Assembly (NCBI GenBank): GCA_902628085.1
Contig: CACOLO010000007.1
Coordinates: 4,236 to 68,235 of the forward strand
DNA length: 64,000 bases
DNA from: an uncultured SAR86 cluster bacterium
Lineage (GTDB): Bacteria; Pseudomonadota; Gammaproteobacteria; Magnimaribacterales; D2472
Direction: 5' to 3'
The position numbers and the translations under genes were made by a program. Shown here piece by piece: positions 53,149 through 63,467 of this stretch (the first letter of the stretch is position 1; each line of letters opens with the position of its first letter). Below the pieces are notes generated by a model that saw nothing but the letters and a program-made list of their open reading frames with translations, did no database searches and was not told the DNA's origin.

Positions 53149-54006
53149 TTACTTTAATTGTTCAGCTACCTCTTCAGCAAAGTCTTTAGATTCAATAACT
53201 ATATCCTCACCAACTTTTAGTCTAGTGAATGAAATTACTGATGCATTTTCATTTGATAAATATTCTTCGACGGTTACGTCTGGATCTTTAACAAATGATT
53301 GAGATAAAAGTGAAACTTCAGAAAGAAATCGATTTACTTTTCCATCAACCATTTTATCCATAATTTCTTTTGGCTTACCAGAATCTTTAGCTTGATTTTC
53401 ATATATAGCTCTTTCACGGTTTAAAATTTCTTGATCAAGATCATCTTTTGACAAACATAATGGATTAAATGCTGCAACATGCATTGCTATATCTTTTGCA
53501 ACATCATTATTGCCACCATTAATGACTACCGCTGAAGCTAATTTTGAGTCAGAATGAAGATAAAGACCAACATTCATTTCATGATCAAAATCGCTTGTTA
53601 TTACCCTTCTTATTTGAATATTTTCTCCAATAGTTTGAACCAGTGACTTTCTAGCGTCCTCCAATTCAGAATCTTTTAAAGAATCAACGTTAGTAACCTT
53701 ATTTTCAGAGATATAAGTACTGACTTTATCAACAAATGACAAAAAATTTGCATCCTTTGCAGCAAAGTCTGTTTCTGAGTTAATTTCTATAATCGTTGCA
53801 TAGTTTTCAGCGATTACAGTAGACAATATTCCATCTGCTGCAACCCTCGAAGATTTTTTTTCAGCTTTCAAAGCGCTGTTCGATCTCAACAGATCTAGAG
53901 CTTTTTCAATATCGCCGTCACATTCAACAAGTGCTTTTTTGCAATCCATCATTGCAACACCTGTCATATCTCTAAGTTCCTTTACTTGCGAAGCTTTAAT
54001 TTCCAT
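53149..54006 (-). CDS. tsf: elongation factor Ts
   Basis: VKELR.MTG..MMDCKKAL, EINSETDF; start ATG 54006. Confidence 0.98.
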   Translation of the reverse strand: MEIKASQVKELRDMTGVAMMDCKKALVECDGDIEKALDLLRSNSALKAEKKSSRVAADGILSTVIAENYATIIEINSETDFAAKDANFLSFVDKVSTYISENKVTNVDSLKDSELEDARKSLVQTIGENIQIRRVITSDFDHEMNVGLYLHSDSKLASAVVINGGNNDVAKDIAMHVAAFNPLCLSKDDLDQEILNRERAIYENQAKDSGKPKEIMDKMVDGKVNRFLSEVSLLSQSFVKDPDVTVEEYLSNENASVISFTRLKVGEDIVIESKDFAEEVAEQLK

Positions 54007-54008
54007 GT

Positions 54009-54899
54009 TCAATCTTCCTTATTTTCTTCTTCGCTGTTTTGATCTTCAGCCTCTGCAGCATCCTCATCCTCTTCAGCGCTTTCATCGATTAATGCATCAA
54101 GATTTTCCTGTTCGACATCATTAGTGCTTACCTCTTCTTTACTGTTTTCATCTGAATCTTTTTCTTTTTTTACAGTTTGAATTACAGGTGAGTCTGATTT
54201 TGGAGCAAAACCTTTTGAGGATTCAATACCCCTTGAGCATGCGTCAGCAATAACTTTTGTTATTAGTCTAATAGATCTGATTGCATCATCATTTCCAGGA
54301 ATAATAACGTCTATTCCATCTGGATCTGAATTTGTATCCACCAATGCAATAATTGGAATCCCCATTTTTTGCGCCTCTAAAACTGCAATCTTTTCATATT
54401 TGACATCAATCACAAAAATAGCATCAGGAAGGCCTTTCATATCTTTAATACCACCAACACTTGCTTGAAGTTTTGTATATTCTTTTTGAATTTCAACAGC
54501 CTCTTTTTTTATTAGCTTTTCAATTCTTCCTGAAGAAATCATTTCCTCAATATCCAAAAGTCTTCTTATAGAGCCTCTAATTGTTTTCCAGTTTGTGAGA
54601 GTTCCTCCCAACCATCTTTTATCAACATATGGTAATCCAATAGATGAAGCCTCTTCTTTTATGGTCTTGCTTGCAGATCTTTTTGTACCTACAAACAATA
54701 TTTTATTTCCTTTAGAACATATATCCTCAACTTTTGAAGCTGCAGCACTCAAATGCTCCTGGGTAAGATCAAGATTTATGATGCTGATTTGTTTCCTGGT
54801 ATCAAAAATGAACTGCTCCATTTTTGGATTCCAGAACCTTTGTTGATGGCCAAAATGAACGCCTGCTTGAAGCAGGTCTTTTATTGAAACTATACTCAA
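54009..54899 (-). CDS. rpsB: 30S ribosomal protein S2
   Basis: [23 protein letters not shown]; TTG start with AGGAG SD; acidic C-terminal tail. Confidence 0.99.
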   Translation of the reverse strand: MSIVSIKDLLQAGVHFGHQQRFWNPKMEQFIFDTRKQISIINLDLTQEHLSAAASKVEDICSKGNKILFVGTKRSASKTIKEEASSIGLPYVDKRWLGGTLTNWKTIRGSIRRLLDIEEMISSGRIEKLIKKEAVEIQKEYTKLQASVGGIKDMKGLPDAIFVIDVKYEKIAVLEAQKMGIPIIALVDTNSDPDGIDVIIPGNDDAIRSIRLITKVIADACSRGIESSKGFAPKSDSPVIQTVKKEKDSDENSKEEVSTNDVEQENLDALIDESAEEDEDAAEAEDQNSEEENKED

Positions 54900-54911
54900 T
54901 TTTATACTCCT

Positions 54912-54990
54912 GGGGTTATTCTCCGATTCATAATAAGGCTGACTTAATTAAGCACCCCAACCTTACAAAAACAGAATCTTCGTGTTAAAA
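54912..54990 (-). ncRNA. rpsB (S2/t44-type) autoregulatory leader RNA
   Basis: Outer stem GATTC/GAATC, inner stem AAGGTTG/CAGCCTT enclosing GGGGTG, and downstream AACCCC able to form the pseudoknot; -10 TAGAAT at 55004-54999. Confidence 0.75.
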
Positions 54991-55036
54991 GTCTGTGTAT
55001 TCTATAGAAAAATGGGTAAATATTAAAGATTTTATT

Positions 55037-55681
55037 TTATTTGAAGCTTGATAAGTCATATAAACCAGGTTTAGCTTGAAAAAGTGATTCTGCTCTTTTT
55101 AAAGCTCCTTTTGCAAAAATATCCCTTGAAAGAGCTTCATGAATAAAATTTCTAAAATTTTCTTTATTATAAAATGATACTTTATGGTCACCATATACAT
55201 TCTCTTTTCTAAAAGAAGTTATTTTTATGGATTTAACAATATTTTTTTTATCAACAGACATTATAAAATTTCTTAAGTCAATTGCCGTACCAGAGGGAAA
55301 GTCAATCTTTTCGGTGTGATGAGTCTCTTCAATTTCACAACTAAAGCTTTCTGAAGAATTCTTTATAAAACTTTCAATTGTTTTTTTTAAATTCAATACA
55401 CCATCTGAAAAATTTGAGGAATACATAATTGGTATTTCTTGAGCAGCCTTTTCAATAGTTTTAAATTGTTGTTTTGAAAATCCTGTTGTTCCAATAATGA
55501 TAGGTTTTTTAAATTTGATGCTACTTTTTAGCATCTCTGACAAATTATTTGGATGAGAAAAATCAATAACTATATCGCATGATTCTATGGCATCAGAAAT
55601 TATAAAATTTTTGTCATTTGCAATTTTTGAGACAGACTGGCCCATCTTTCCAGACAAGCCGTTTATAAAGATTTTTAACAT
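55037..55681 (-). CDS. dapB: 4-hydroxy-tetrahydrodipicolinate reductase (short form)
   Basis: G..GKMG, DFSHP, GTTG, ETHH..K.D.PSGTA; follows dnaJ. Confidence 0.93.
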   Translation of the reverse strand: MLKIFINGLSGKMGQSVSKIANDKNFIISDAIESCDIVIDFSHPNNLSEMLKSSIKFKKPIIIGTTGFSKQQFKTIEKAAQEIPIMYSSNFSDGVLNLKKTIESFIKNSSESFSCEIEETHHTEKIDFPSGTAIDLRNFIMSVDKKNIVKSIKITSFRKENVYGDHKVSFYNKENFRNFIHEALSRDIFAKGALKRAESLFQAKPGLYDLSSFK

Positions 55682-55683
55682 TA

Positions 55684-56784
55684 TTATTCTTTTATTTTTG
55701 AAATAGCTTTTGAAAAAGTACTACTACCTGGATAATTCTTATCACTATTAAGTGAATCTTTAAATTTATTAAGCATTTCTAATTGTTGTTTTGATAAATT
55801 TGACGGAGTTTCAACTACGACCCTGCACAAAATATCACCTCTTCTTCTGTCTCTTACAATAGATGCTCCCTTACCTTTAATTCTGAAAACTTTTCCAGTT
55901 TGAGTATTAGAGGGAATTTTTAGCGAAATACTATTTTCTAATGTAGGTATCTGGATTGATCCACCAATTACAGAAATATCAAAAGGTATTGGTGCTTCAA
56001 TATATAAATGTCTGCCATCTCTTTCAAAAAGAGGGTTTTCACTTACTCTTATGGCTACATAAAGGTCTCCCCTTTGCCCGCCTTTCATCCATTCTCCCTC
56101 CCCTGATAGTCTTACTTTGTCACCATTATCAACACCAGCCGGAATATTCACAGATAAAGTTTTATTGTCTTTTAAAGCACCTTGTCCTCTGCATGTTCTG
56201 CAAATATTTTTTATTATTTGTCCATTACCTGAACAAGTTGAACATGTCTGTTGTACTGAAAAGAATCCCTGTTGCATTCTAACTTGGCCAGAACCATTAC
56301 AATTTGGACAAACAGTTGGACTTGTTCCCTTTTCAGCGCCTGATCCATTACACTCAGCACATTCAGAATGTGAAGGAATTTTTATCTTTTTTTGCACACC
56401 CAGAACAGCTTCTTTTAAACTTAACTCAAGATTATATTGAAGATCAGACCCTCTTCTTTGTCTTCTGGATTGTGATCTTGTTCCGAATACATCTCCAAAG
56501 ATATCACCGAAAATATCATTGATATTTATATCGTTGAAGTTTGGTCCTCCTCCCATACCCTCTACTCCTGAGTGACCAAATTGGTCATATGCAGATTTTT
56601 TTTGAGAGTCAGATAGAACGTCATATGCTTCAGCAGCTTCTTTAAACTTTGCTGCTGCTTCAGGATTATCTGGATTTCTATCTGGATGATACTTCATAGC
56701 CTTTTTTTTAAAGGCTTTTTTTAACTCAGCTGCTGATGAATCTCGAGAGACTCCAAGGATTTCATAGTAGTCTCTTTTAGACAT
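55684..56784 (-). CDS. dnaJ: chaperone DnaJ
   Basis: J-domain HPD, four CxxCxGxG repeats. Confidence 0.99.
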   Translation of the reverse strand: MSKRDYYEILGVSRDSSAAELKKAFKKKAMKYHPDRNPDNPEAAAKFKEAAEAYDVLSDSQKKSAYDQFGHSGVEGMGGGPNFNDININDIFGDIFGDVFGTRSQSRRQRRGSDLQYNLELSLKEAVLGVQKKIKIPSHSECAECNGSGAEKGTSPTVCPNCNGSGQVRMQQGFFSVQQTCSTCSGNGQIIKNICRTCRGQGALKDNKTLSVNIPAGVDNGDKVRLSGEGEWMKGGQRGDLYVAIRVSENPLFERDGRHLYIEAPIPFDISVIGGSIQIPTLENSISLKIPSNTQTGKVFRIKGKGASIVRDRRRGDILCRVVVETPSNLSKQQLEMLNKFKDSLNSDKNYPGSSTFSKAISKIKE

Positions 56785-56793
56785 AATATCTGA

Positions 56794-58710
56794 TTATTTT
56801 TCGTCTTCTTTTACTTCTTCAAATTCCGCATCAACAGTATTTTCATCAGTATCTGATGTTTCAGGTTGTGCTGCATCCTGCTCACCTTGATTCTCTTGTT
56901 TGTATAGCTTCTGGGTAAGAGGTGTAAGCACATCATTAAGGTTTTTTGTAGCTGACTCAATTTCATCTACATTTTCAGCTGCTATTGCTTCCTCCAATGA
57001 TTTAATTGCATCTTCTACTTGTCCCTTTTCGTCATCATTTAAAGCATCGCCTGAATCTTCAATTGTTTTTCTTGTCGCATGAACAAGCATATCTGCATTA
57101 TTTTTTGTTTTGACTAATTCTTCAAACTTCTTGTCGTCTTCAGCATTAGCTTCTGCATCTTTAACCATTTTTTCAATATCCTCATCAGACAATCCACTTG
57201 AAGCCTTTATAACAATAGATTGTTCCTTACCAGTATTCTTATCCTTTGCAGAAACATTTAGTATTCCATTAGCATCTAGATCAAAAGAAACTTCGATTTG
57301 AGGAACGCCTCTTGCAGCAGGTGGTATATCAGTCAAATTAAACTGGCCAAGAGATTTATTTTGAGCTGCTTGAGTTCTTTCACCCTGAATAACATGAACG
57401 GTTACTGCTGTTTGATTATCTTCTGCAGTTGAAAATACCTGAGATTTTTGGGTTGGAATAGTTGTATTTTTTTCAATCAATGGAGTTGCAACACCACCAA
57501 GTGTTTCAATACCTAATGTTAGAGGTGTTACATCTAAAAGAAGAACATCAGTAGTATCACCTGATAAAACTGATCCCTGAATAGCAGCACCTACAGCAAC
57601 TGCTTCGTCAGGATTTAAGTCTTTCCTGGCTTCTTTACCAAAGAATTCAGCAACCTTTTTTTGCACAAGAGGCATTCTTGTTTGGCCTCCAACTAACAAT
57701 ATTTCATTGATGTCGCCTTTTGAGATTTTTGCATCTTTGAGAGCAAGCTTTAATGGCTCTAAGCTTTTATCAACAAGGTCTTCAACTAGAGATTCAAGCT
57801 TTGCTCTAGTTATTTTATGCACAAAATGTTTTGGGCCAGAGCTATCAGCTGTAATGTATGGAAGATTTACTTCTGTTTGTTCAGAAGAAGAAAGTTCAAT
57901 TTTTGCCTTTTCGGCTGCTTCTTTAAGCCTTTGTAGAGCTAGTGGATCACTTTTTAAATCAAATCCTGATTCTTCTTTGAATTTATCTACAAAGTAATCA
58001 ATCAATCTTAAATCAAAATCTTCTCCGCCCAAAAATGTGTCGCCGTTTGTAGATAAAACTTCAAATTGATGTTCGCCATCGACATCAGATATTTCTATAA
58101 TTGATATATCAAAGGTGCCTCCTCCTAAATCATAAACCGCAACAGTTGCATCACCTTTATTTTTATCAAGGCCATATGCCAATGCTGCAGCAGTTGGCTC
58201 ATTAATGATTCTTTTAACATCTAAGCCTGCAATTTTTCCTGCATCTTTAGTCGCTTGTCGTTGCGAATCATTAAAATATGCTGGCACAGTAATTACAGCT
58301 TCTTTAACCTCATGACCTAGATAGTCTTCTGCGGTTTTTTTCATTTTCTTTAAAACTTCTGCTGCTACCTGAGGTGGTGCAAGCTTCTTATTTGATGCCT
58401 CTACCCATGCGTCTCCGTTATCAGCTTTGATAATTTTATACGGAACCATGTCAGCATCTTTGCTTACGACTTCATCATCAAAAGTACGACCAATTAATCT
58501 TTTAATTGCATACAGAGTATTCTCAGGATTGGTTACAGCCTGTCTTTTAGCTGGAAGACCAACTAAAACTTCATCATTATCAGTATATGCAATGACAGAA
58601 GGAGTAGTTCTTCCACCTTCAGCATTCTCAATAACTTTATGTTGTTGTCCTTCAACGACAGCAACACAACTGTTTGTAGTTCCTAGATCAATTCCTATAA
58701 TTTTTGACAT
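56794..58710 (-). CDS. dnaK: chaperone DnaK
   Basis: [24 protein letters not shown]. Confidence 0.99.
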   Translation of the reverse strand: MSKIIGIDLGTTNSCVAVVEGQQHKVIENAEGGRTTPSVIAYTDNDEVLVGLPAKRQAVTNPENTLYAIKRLIGRTFDDEVVSKDADMVPYKIIKADNGDAWVEASNKKLAPPQVAAEVLKKMKKTAEDYLGHEVKEAVITVPAYFNDSQRQATKDAGKIAGLDVKRIINEPTAAALAYGLDKNKGDATVAVYDLGGGTFDISIIEISDVDGEHQFEVLSTNGDTFLGGEDFDLRLIDYFVDKFKEESGFDLKSDPLALQRLKEAAEKAKIELSSSEQTEVNLPYITADSSGPKHFVHKITRAKLESLVEDLVDKSLEPLKLALKDAKISKGDINEILLVGGQTRMPLVQKKVAEFFGKEARKDLNPDEAVAVGAAIQGSVLSGDTTDVLLLDVTPLTLGIETLGGVATPLIEKNTTIPTQKSQVFSTAEDNQTAVTVHVIQGERTQAAQNKSLGQFNLTDIPPAARGVPQIEVSFDLDANGILNVSAKDKNTGKEQSIVIKASSGLSDEDIEKMVKDAEANAEDDKKFEELVKTKNNADMLVHATRKTIEDSGDALNDDEKGQVEDAIKSLEEAIAAENVDEIESATKNLNDVLTPLTQKLYKQENQGEQDAAQPETSDTDENTVDAEFEEVKEDEK

Positions 58711-58719
58711 AATTTTCCT

Positions 58720-59286
58720 CTAATTCTTTATAACTGTTACCCTAGCTGGCCTTATCACCCTTGAGTGAAGCTCCCATCCTCGTTGAAAAATATTTCCAAT
58801 TTCTCCATCTTTCTTATTTTTATCTTTTTCCATTGAAACTGCTTCGTGCTTCTCTGGATTAAACTCCTCATTTACAGGATAGATAGGTATCATTCCAAAT
58901 TTATCAAGAGTAGATTCAAAAGATTTTAAGGTAAGTTCAATACCCTCTTTATCTTCATCCGATGAATTATCTGAAAGATTCGATAAAGCATGCTCAAGAT
59001 TATCGATTACAGGCAAAAGTTCATTTAAAAGTTTTTCAACTCCATATTTATGAGCTTTTTCAACTTCAGATAAAGTTCTTTTAATAGCATTATCAAGATC
59101 TGCGTTTGCTCTGAGTAATGCTTGTTCAAGGTCCTCTTTTTTATCTAGAAGCTCTTCATAGGATGGTGTGCCTAAATTCTCTTCATCCAGGTTTTCGCTT
59201 TCTTCGGCAACAACTTCAACTTTTTCATCTACAGAATTTTCATCTGCAATGCCATTTTTCTTGGTTTTTTTAACTTTTTTTGTCAT
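58720..59286 (-). CDS. grpE: nucleotide exchange factor GrpE
   Basis: LLPVIDNLE, FNPEKHEA, RVIRPARV. Confidence 0.97.
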   Translation of the reverse strand: MTKKVKKTKKNGIADENSVDEKVEVVAEESENLDEENLGTPSYEELLDKKEDLEQALLRANADLDNAIKRTLSEVEKAHKYGVEKLLNELLPVIDNLEHALSNLSDNSSDEDKEGIELTLKSFESTLDKFGMIPIYPVNEEFNPEKHEAVSMEKDKNKKDGEIGNIFQRGWELHSRVIRPARVTVIKN

Positions 59287-59307
59287 TTTTAAATCCTACG
59301 ATCTTAT

Positions 59308-59337
59308 ATATTGGGATTTAAAAATTCAGTTCAAGAG
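59308..59337 (-). promoter_or_regulatory. sigma32 (RpoH) heat-shock promoter of grpE-dnaK-dnaJ
   Basis: CTCTTGAA-N14-CCCAATAT versus consensus CTTGAA-N13-17-CCCCATNT. Confidence 0.75.
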
Positions 59338-59356
59338 TATTGAGAGTTTTTGTTTT

Positions 59357-59767
59357 TTATAGTTTTTTTACGTGCAAAACTAGATTGTGGTCAACTAGTT
59401 GATATCCAGAGTCCTTTGCGATGTTATTTAATCTTTCTATGAGCTCTGCATCTTGAAATTCAAGAACCTTACCGGTTTCAACATCAACCATATGCTCATG
59501 ATTTTCTTCAATTACCTCATATACAGCATGGCTACCCTCAAAATGGTGCTTTTTAACCATGCCAGCAGACTCAAATTGAGTTAAAACCCTATACACTGAA
59601 GCAAGACCAATGTTTTCTCCATTATTAAGAAGTTCTTTATATATGTCCTCTGCACTAAAGTGTGCTTCTTCTTGTATGGCTGTAGATGCCAATACTTCCA
59701 TAATTTTTATTCTAGGAAGTGTTGCTTTTAAGCCAGCTTTTTTAAGTTCTTTGTTTTGATCATTCAT
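59357..59767 (-). CDS. fur: ferric uptake regulator
   Basis: LKKAGLKATLPR, HFSAEDIY, IGLASVYRVL, HEHMV; divergent from bamE. Confidence 0.96.
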   Translation of the reverse strand: MNDQNKELKKAGLKATLPRIKIMEVLASTAIQEEAHFSAEDIYKELLNNGENIGLASVYRVLTQFESAGMVKKHHFEGSHAVYEVIEENHEHMVDVETGKVLEFQDAELIERLNNIAKDSGYQLVDHNLVLHVKKL

Positions 59768-59773
59768 ATAATT

Positions 59774-59782
59774 ATTATATCA
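59774..59782 (-). promoter_or_regulatory. extended -10 element 6 nt before fur ATG (putative leaderless promoter)
   Basis: TGATATAAT-AATTAT-ATG, no SD. Confidence 0.55.
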
Positions 59783-59852
59783 GTCTAGTTGACTATTTTT
59801 TTAAATTTGGATGCGACATTAAAATTATTAGAAAGTATAATAAAATTCGTAC

Positions 59853-60200
59853 ATGAAACAAGTTATGAAAAATAAATTTAGCAATATTTTTTATATATAT
59901 ATTGCTACATTGTTAATTAGTTCATGCTCTGCGCTTAGTCCCTACAAAGTTCCAATCCTTCAAGGAAATATTTTTGAAGAGGAAGATATAGAAAAGTTAT
60001 CCGAAGGATTATCAAGAGACCAAGTAAAATTTATTTTTGGTACTGCACTGATTCAGGATCCTTTTCATTCAAATAGATGGGATTATTATTATTCAATCCA
60101 AGTAGGCGATGAAAAAATTAACGAAAATAAGCTCTCTATACTTTTCAATGACGAAGGTCTTGTTGATAGCTGGACAATAGAAGAGATAAATTTAAATTAA
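59853..60200 (+). CDS. bamE: outer membrane protein assembly lipoprotein BamE/OmlA
   Basis: Lipobox ISSC, QGN, GLSRDQV..IFGT, RWDY. Confidence 0.95.
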   Translation: MKQVMKNKFSNIFYIYIATLLISSCSALSPYKVPILQGNIFEEEDIEKLSEGLSRDQVKFIFGTALIQDPFHSNRWDYYYSIQVGDEKINENKLSILFNDEGLVDSWTIEEINLN

Positions 60201-60619
60201 TCTTTAATATTTTTAAGAAATCCTTGAATCGCGGCTTCACCAAATGAGTTTATTAGGTTTTCTGGTAAAAGATTATCAAGTAAGAACGGAAGTTCAAATT
60301 CTGCACTTAATGTTGCCTCAGTGACATCATCTGCTTTTGTATTCACTTTCCAGCAACCATTAAAAGTCTCAAAAGGTCCTTCAATTTGCTCAATGTCGAT
60401 TTGATAATTTGAAAGAATATTTTTAGATTTGATTTCATATTTTCTTAATAAAAAATCAAACTCAAGTAATCCGATTTCAAATCCATTGCCTTTTTCTATC
60501 AATTTAGCTTTTGAGCATCCAGGAATGAAATTGACATAATTTTCAAAATCAGCGATCTCTTTAAAAACCTTCTCTCTATTGTGTGGAATTAATTTTGAAA
60601 CCTTAAGTTTTCTTAACAC
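60197..60619 (-). CDS. ratA: RatA/Coq10 (SRPBCC) family protein
   Basis: IADFENY..FIPGC, EGPF..FNG.W; position between bamE and smpB; probable GTG start 60619. Confidence 0.85.
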   Translation of the reverse strand: MLRKLKVSKLIPHNREKVFKEIADFENYVNFIPGCSKAKLIEKGNGFEIGLLEFDFLLRKYEIKSKNILSNYQIDIEQIEGPFETFNGCWKVNTKADDVTEATLSAEFELPFLLDNLLPENLINSFGEAAIQGFLKNIKD

Positions 60620-60620
60620 T

Positions 60621-61970
60621 TCAGATGATTTGAGATATGAAAATAAAGGCAACACTCAAAGGTGCAACATATTTAATAAAAAATCTCCATAAGCTGAACA
60701 AGAAAGGGTTTATCTGAGATATTTCATTCTTTATCAAAGACTCATTCATAAACCAACCAATGAAAATAGCTATGAGCATTCCTCCTAAAGGTTGAAGAAT
60801 TTGAACAGATATCAATTCCATTGTATTCAAAAAAGGATTAATAGATTCTCCTGATGAGTCGACAACAGAGAAAATATTAAAGCCAGTAGCAGTACCAATA
60901 CCAATTACCCAACATAAAATTGAAATCACAATTGCAGATTGTTTCCTTGTCAAAAATCCCTCTTCTGCGAGGTATGCCACACCTGGCTCTAGGATTGAAA
61001 TTGAGGAGCTTAAGGCTGCTATTGATAGTAAAATAAAAAATATTGGTCCAATTAGCTGACCAAATTCCATCTGATTAAAAGCAGATAATAGAGAAACGAA
61101 TACTAAGCCTGGTCCACTACCAGGCTCAAGATTAAAAGCAAAAATAATTGGAAATATTGCGAGTCCTGCAAGGATTGCTACTAAGGTATCCAAAGAACCT
61201 ACACTAAAAGAAGTTGAAACAATTTCTTGTTCCTTTGGCATATATGCACCGTAAGCCATAATAGAACCCATTCCTAAACTCATACTAAAAAAAGCTTGGC
61301 CCATTGCTGACAAAAATGTGTCGGTTCCAACATTTGAAAAATCTGGCGCAAACAAAAAAGATAGTGCTTCTAGAAAAGCTCCATTAATTGCACCATAAAT
61401 AACCATAAATAGTAATAAAAAGCCTAAAAGAGGCATTAAAATTTTAACCATCCTACCTATGCCGTCCTCCACACCTGCAGAGACAATTACCAATGTAAGA
61501 AACATAAAAACGGTGTGCCAAATTAAAAGATTTGTTGGTGAAGAAATTACCTGACCAAATTGCTCAGAAGAAGTTATTAATTCATTTGGTGATGCTGCTA
61601 TAAAGATATAATTAAGGCAGATTCCTGCAATGACGCTATAAAAAGAAAGAATTAAAACTCCAGCTATAATTCCTGTCCATCCTACTAATTGCCATAAAGA
61701 CGATGCTCCTGAATCTATTGCAGATTTTTTCATAGCATTTATAGGGCTGTTTCCAGAGCGGCGTCCAATTAAAATCTCACTAATCATGATTGGTACGCCT
61801 ATTGCAACAATACATAATAAATAAATTAGAACAAAAGCAGCTCCACCTTCAGTTCCAGCTTTATATGGAAATCCCCAAATATTTCCAAGACCAACAGCTG
61901 AACCAGTGGCGGCAAGTACAAATGTCCATTTACCAATCCATGTTCCATGTTTTTTTAGTGTTTTTTGCAT
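60621..61970 (-). CDS. sodium-dependent transporter, NSS/SNF family
   Basis: GSAVGLGNIW.FP, QAFFSMSLG, GPGLVF. Confidence 0.95.
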   Translation of the reverse strand: MQKTLKKHGTWIGKWTFVLAATGSAVGLGNIWGFPYKAGTEGGAAFVLIYLLCIVAIGVPIMISEILIGRRSGNSPINAMKKSAIDSGASSLWQLVGWTGIIAGVLILSFYSVIAGICLNYIFIAASPNELITSSEQFGQVISSPTNLLIWHTVFMFLTLVIVSAGVEDGIGRMVKILMPLLGFLLLFMVIYGAINGAFLEALSFLFAPDFSNVGTDTFLSAMGQAFFSMSLGMGSIMAYGAYMPKEQEIVSTSFSVGSLDTLVAILAGLAIFPIIFAFNLEPGSGPGLVFVSLLSAFNQMEFGQLIGPIFFILLSIAALSSSISILEPGVAYLAEEGFLTRKQSAIVISILCWVIGIGTATGFNIFSVVDSSGESINPFLNTMELISVQILQPLGGMLIAIFIGWFMNESLIKNEISQINPFLFSLWRFFIKYVAPLSVAFIFISQII

Positions 61971-61979
61971 AATTTACTC

Positions 61980-62441
61980 TTACAAATAGGGGCTACTATA
62001 TGGATTTATCCAATACCCAGAAGATATTAGAAAACTTATACATACAAGTAAAGTTAGAATTTTTCTAAATTTTTGATAATCATCATCTTTTGTATCAAAA
62101 ATCACTGTTGATTTCTCAAATAAATAAAATAGATAAAAACTAATTATTGCGAGAATTAGTGCAGCCATGATAAAACCAAAATATGTAAGAAGTAACATTG
62201 AGCATCCCAAAAGACTAAAACCGATTCCATATGATAAATTTAGTGCTTGGTTTTTTTGATCATCAGGCCATCCCCAAGCAAATCCACCCAAAAAAGTAAT
62301 AATAATTGACCCGTAAGCAAGCTGAAACTGAATGGAAATCTTTGCTATTTCTCCGCCAAGAATCCATGGCGCTAACGATAAAATTGCAAATGGTATAAAA
62401 CCAATATATCCGTATGTGGACTTAATGCTAGTAATGTTCAT
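61980..62441 (-). CDS. DUF3429-like membrane protein
   Basis: GYIGFIPF, AYGSIIITFLGG..WG pattern; start trimmed to ATG 62441 to avoid overlap with smpB. Confidence 0.7.
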   Translation of the reverse strand: MNITSIKSTYGYIGFIPFAILSLAPWILGGEIAKISIQFQLAYGSIIITFLGGFAWGWPDDQKNQALNLSYGIGFSLLGCSMLLLTYFGFIMAALILAIISFYLFYLFEKSTVIFDTKDDDYQKFRKILTLLVCISFLISSGYWINPYSSPYL

Positions 62442-62488
62442 ATGTAAATAAAATATTGCATCTAATTTCTTAAAATACATAATAAAGC

Positions 62489-62953
62489 ATGGCTGCCGAA
62501 AAACCTGCATTAATTGTAAAAAATAAAAATGCATCACGAAACTTCAAATTAAATGAATCTTTTGAGGCTGGTATCGCTCTCAAGGGATGGGAGGTTAAAT
62601 CGCTTCGAAATAAAAAAGTTGATGTAAAAAATTCATACGTGAATATCAAAAAAAATGAAGCATGGCTTATTGGAATTAAAATTGATTGTCCTCCATCTTT
62701 ACAAAATGAAGACGTTGATCTTTTGAGAACAAGAAAATTACTGCTCCATAAAAAAGAAATACTTAAAATTCAAAAGCTTAAAGGTGAAAAAGGCCTGACT
62801 TGTGTTCTAACAAAGCTTTATTGGAAAAACAATAATATTAAGTGTGAGATTGCTTTGGGTGTTGGTAAAAAGCAAAGAGATCAACGTGAAGATATCAAAA
62901 AACGTGACTGGCAAAGAGATCAAGCACGAATTCTGAAAAATAAAAATAAATAA
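62489..62953 (+). CDS. smpB: SsrA-binding protein
   Basis: FEAGIALKGWEVKSLR, RTRKLLLH, basic C-tail; adjacent to tmRNA. Confidence 0.98.
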   Translation: MAAEKPALIVKNKNASRNFKLNESFEAGIALKGWEVKSLRNKKVDVKNSYVNIKKNEAWLIGIKIDCPPSLQNEDVDLLRTRKLLLHKKEILKIQKLKGEKGLTCVLTKLYWKNNNIKCEIALGVGKKQRDQREDIKKRDWQRDQARILKNKNK

Positions 62954-63000
62954 CGAAAATCGATAGGTTTTATCTAATGATGTATAATTTTGCACCCCAT

Positions 63001-63346
63001 GGGGGCGAATAGGGTTCGACGTTTCTACTGGACTCCAAAGCGCATGCCAAGATTATAGTAACTCTTGTAAAACATACTATAAAAAAATAGTTGCAAATAA
63101 CGACAACTACGCTTTAGCAGCTTAATGCTAACCGATGCCAGAATTGACTATGGTTTGAAGCATCGGCTAAACACATAGTCTAGCCAGGCTGTATTGCTTG
63201 GATACAGTTTGGTTAAATTTAATCAAGCTCGTATTCATGCCCTGCTCTTCGGGTGATGGATGCTAAAAATAATAGAATGAGCTATGCATGTAGAAGTTAG
63301 GCTGAAGGATTGACGGACGCGGGTTCAATTCCCGCCGCCTCCACCA
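63001..63346 (+). ncRNA. ssrA: tmRNA; tag peptide (A)ANNDNYALAA* at 63093-63125
   Basis: 5' GGGGGCG pairs with 3' CGCCTCC-ACCA, T-arm GCGGG-TTCAATT-CCCGC, YALAA tag; -10 TATAAT at 62983-62988. Confidence 0.98.
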
Positions 63347-63467
63347 TTATCTAAGCGTTTATGTATATCCATAATATATTTATGTAAAAAATATATTAAA
63401 AGTAGTAATATGTATTTAAATAGGGTTTAAAAATTATTTTGAAATTTAAAAATAAGGGGGGAAACTT

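Noticed and set aside
54009-54200. Long acidic low-complexity C-terminal tail of S2
   Set aside because: Variable acidic tails are common in S2 proteins.
63347-63467. Fur box upstream of the TonB-dependent receptor
   Set aside because: No convincing match to GATAATGATAATCATTATC beyond general AT-richness.
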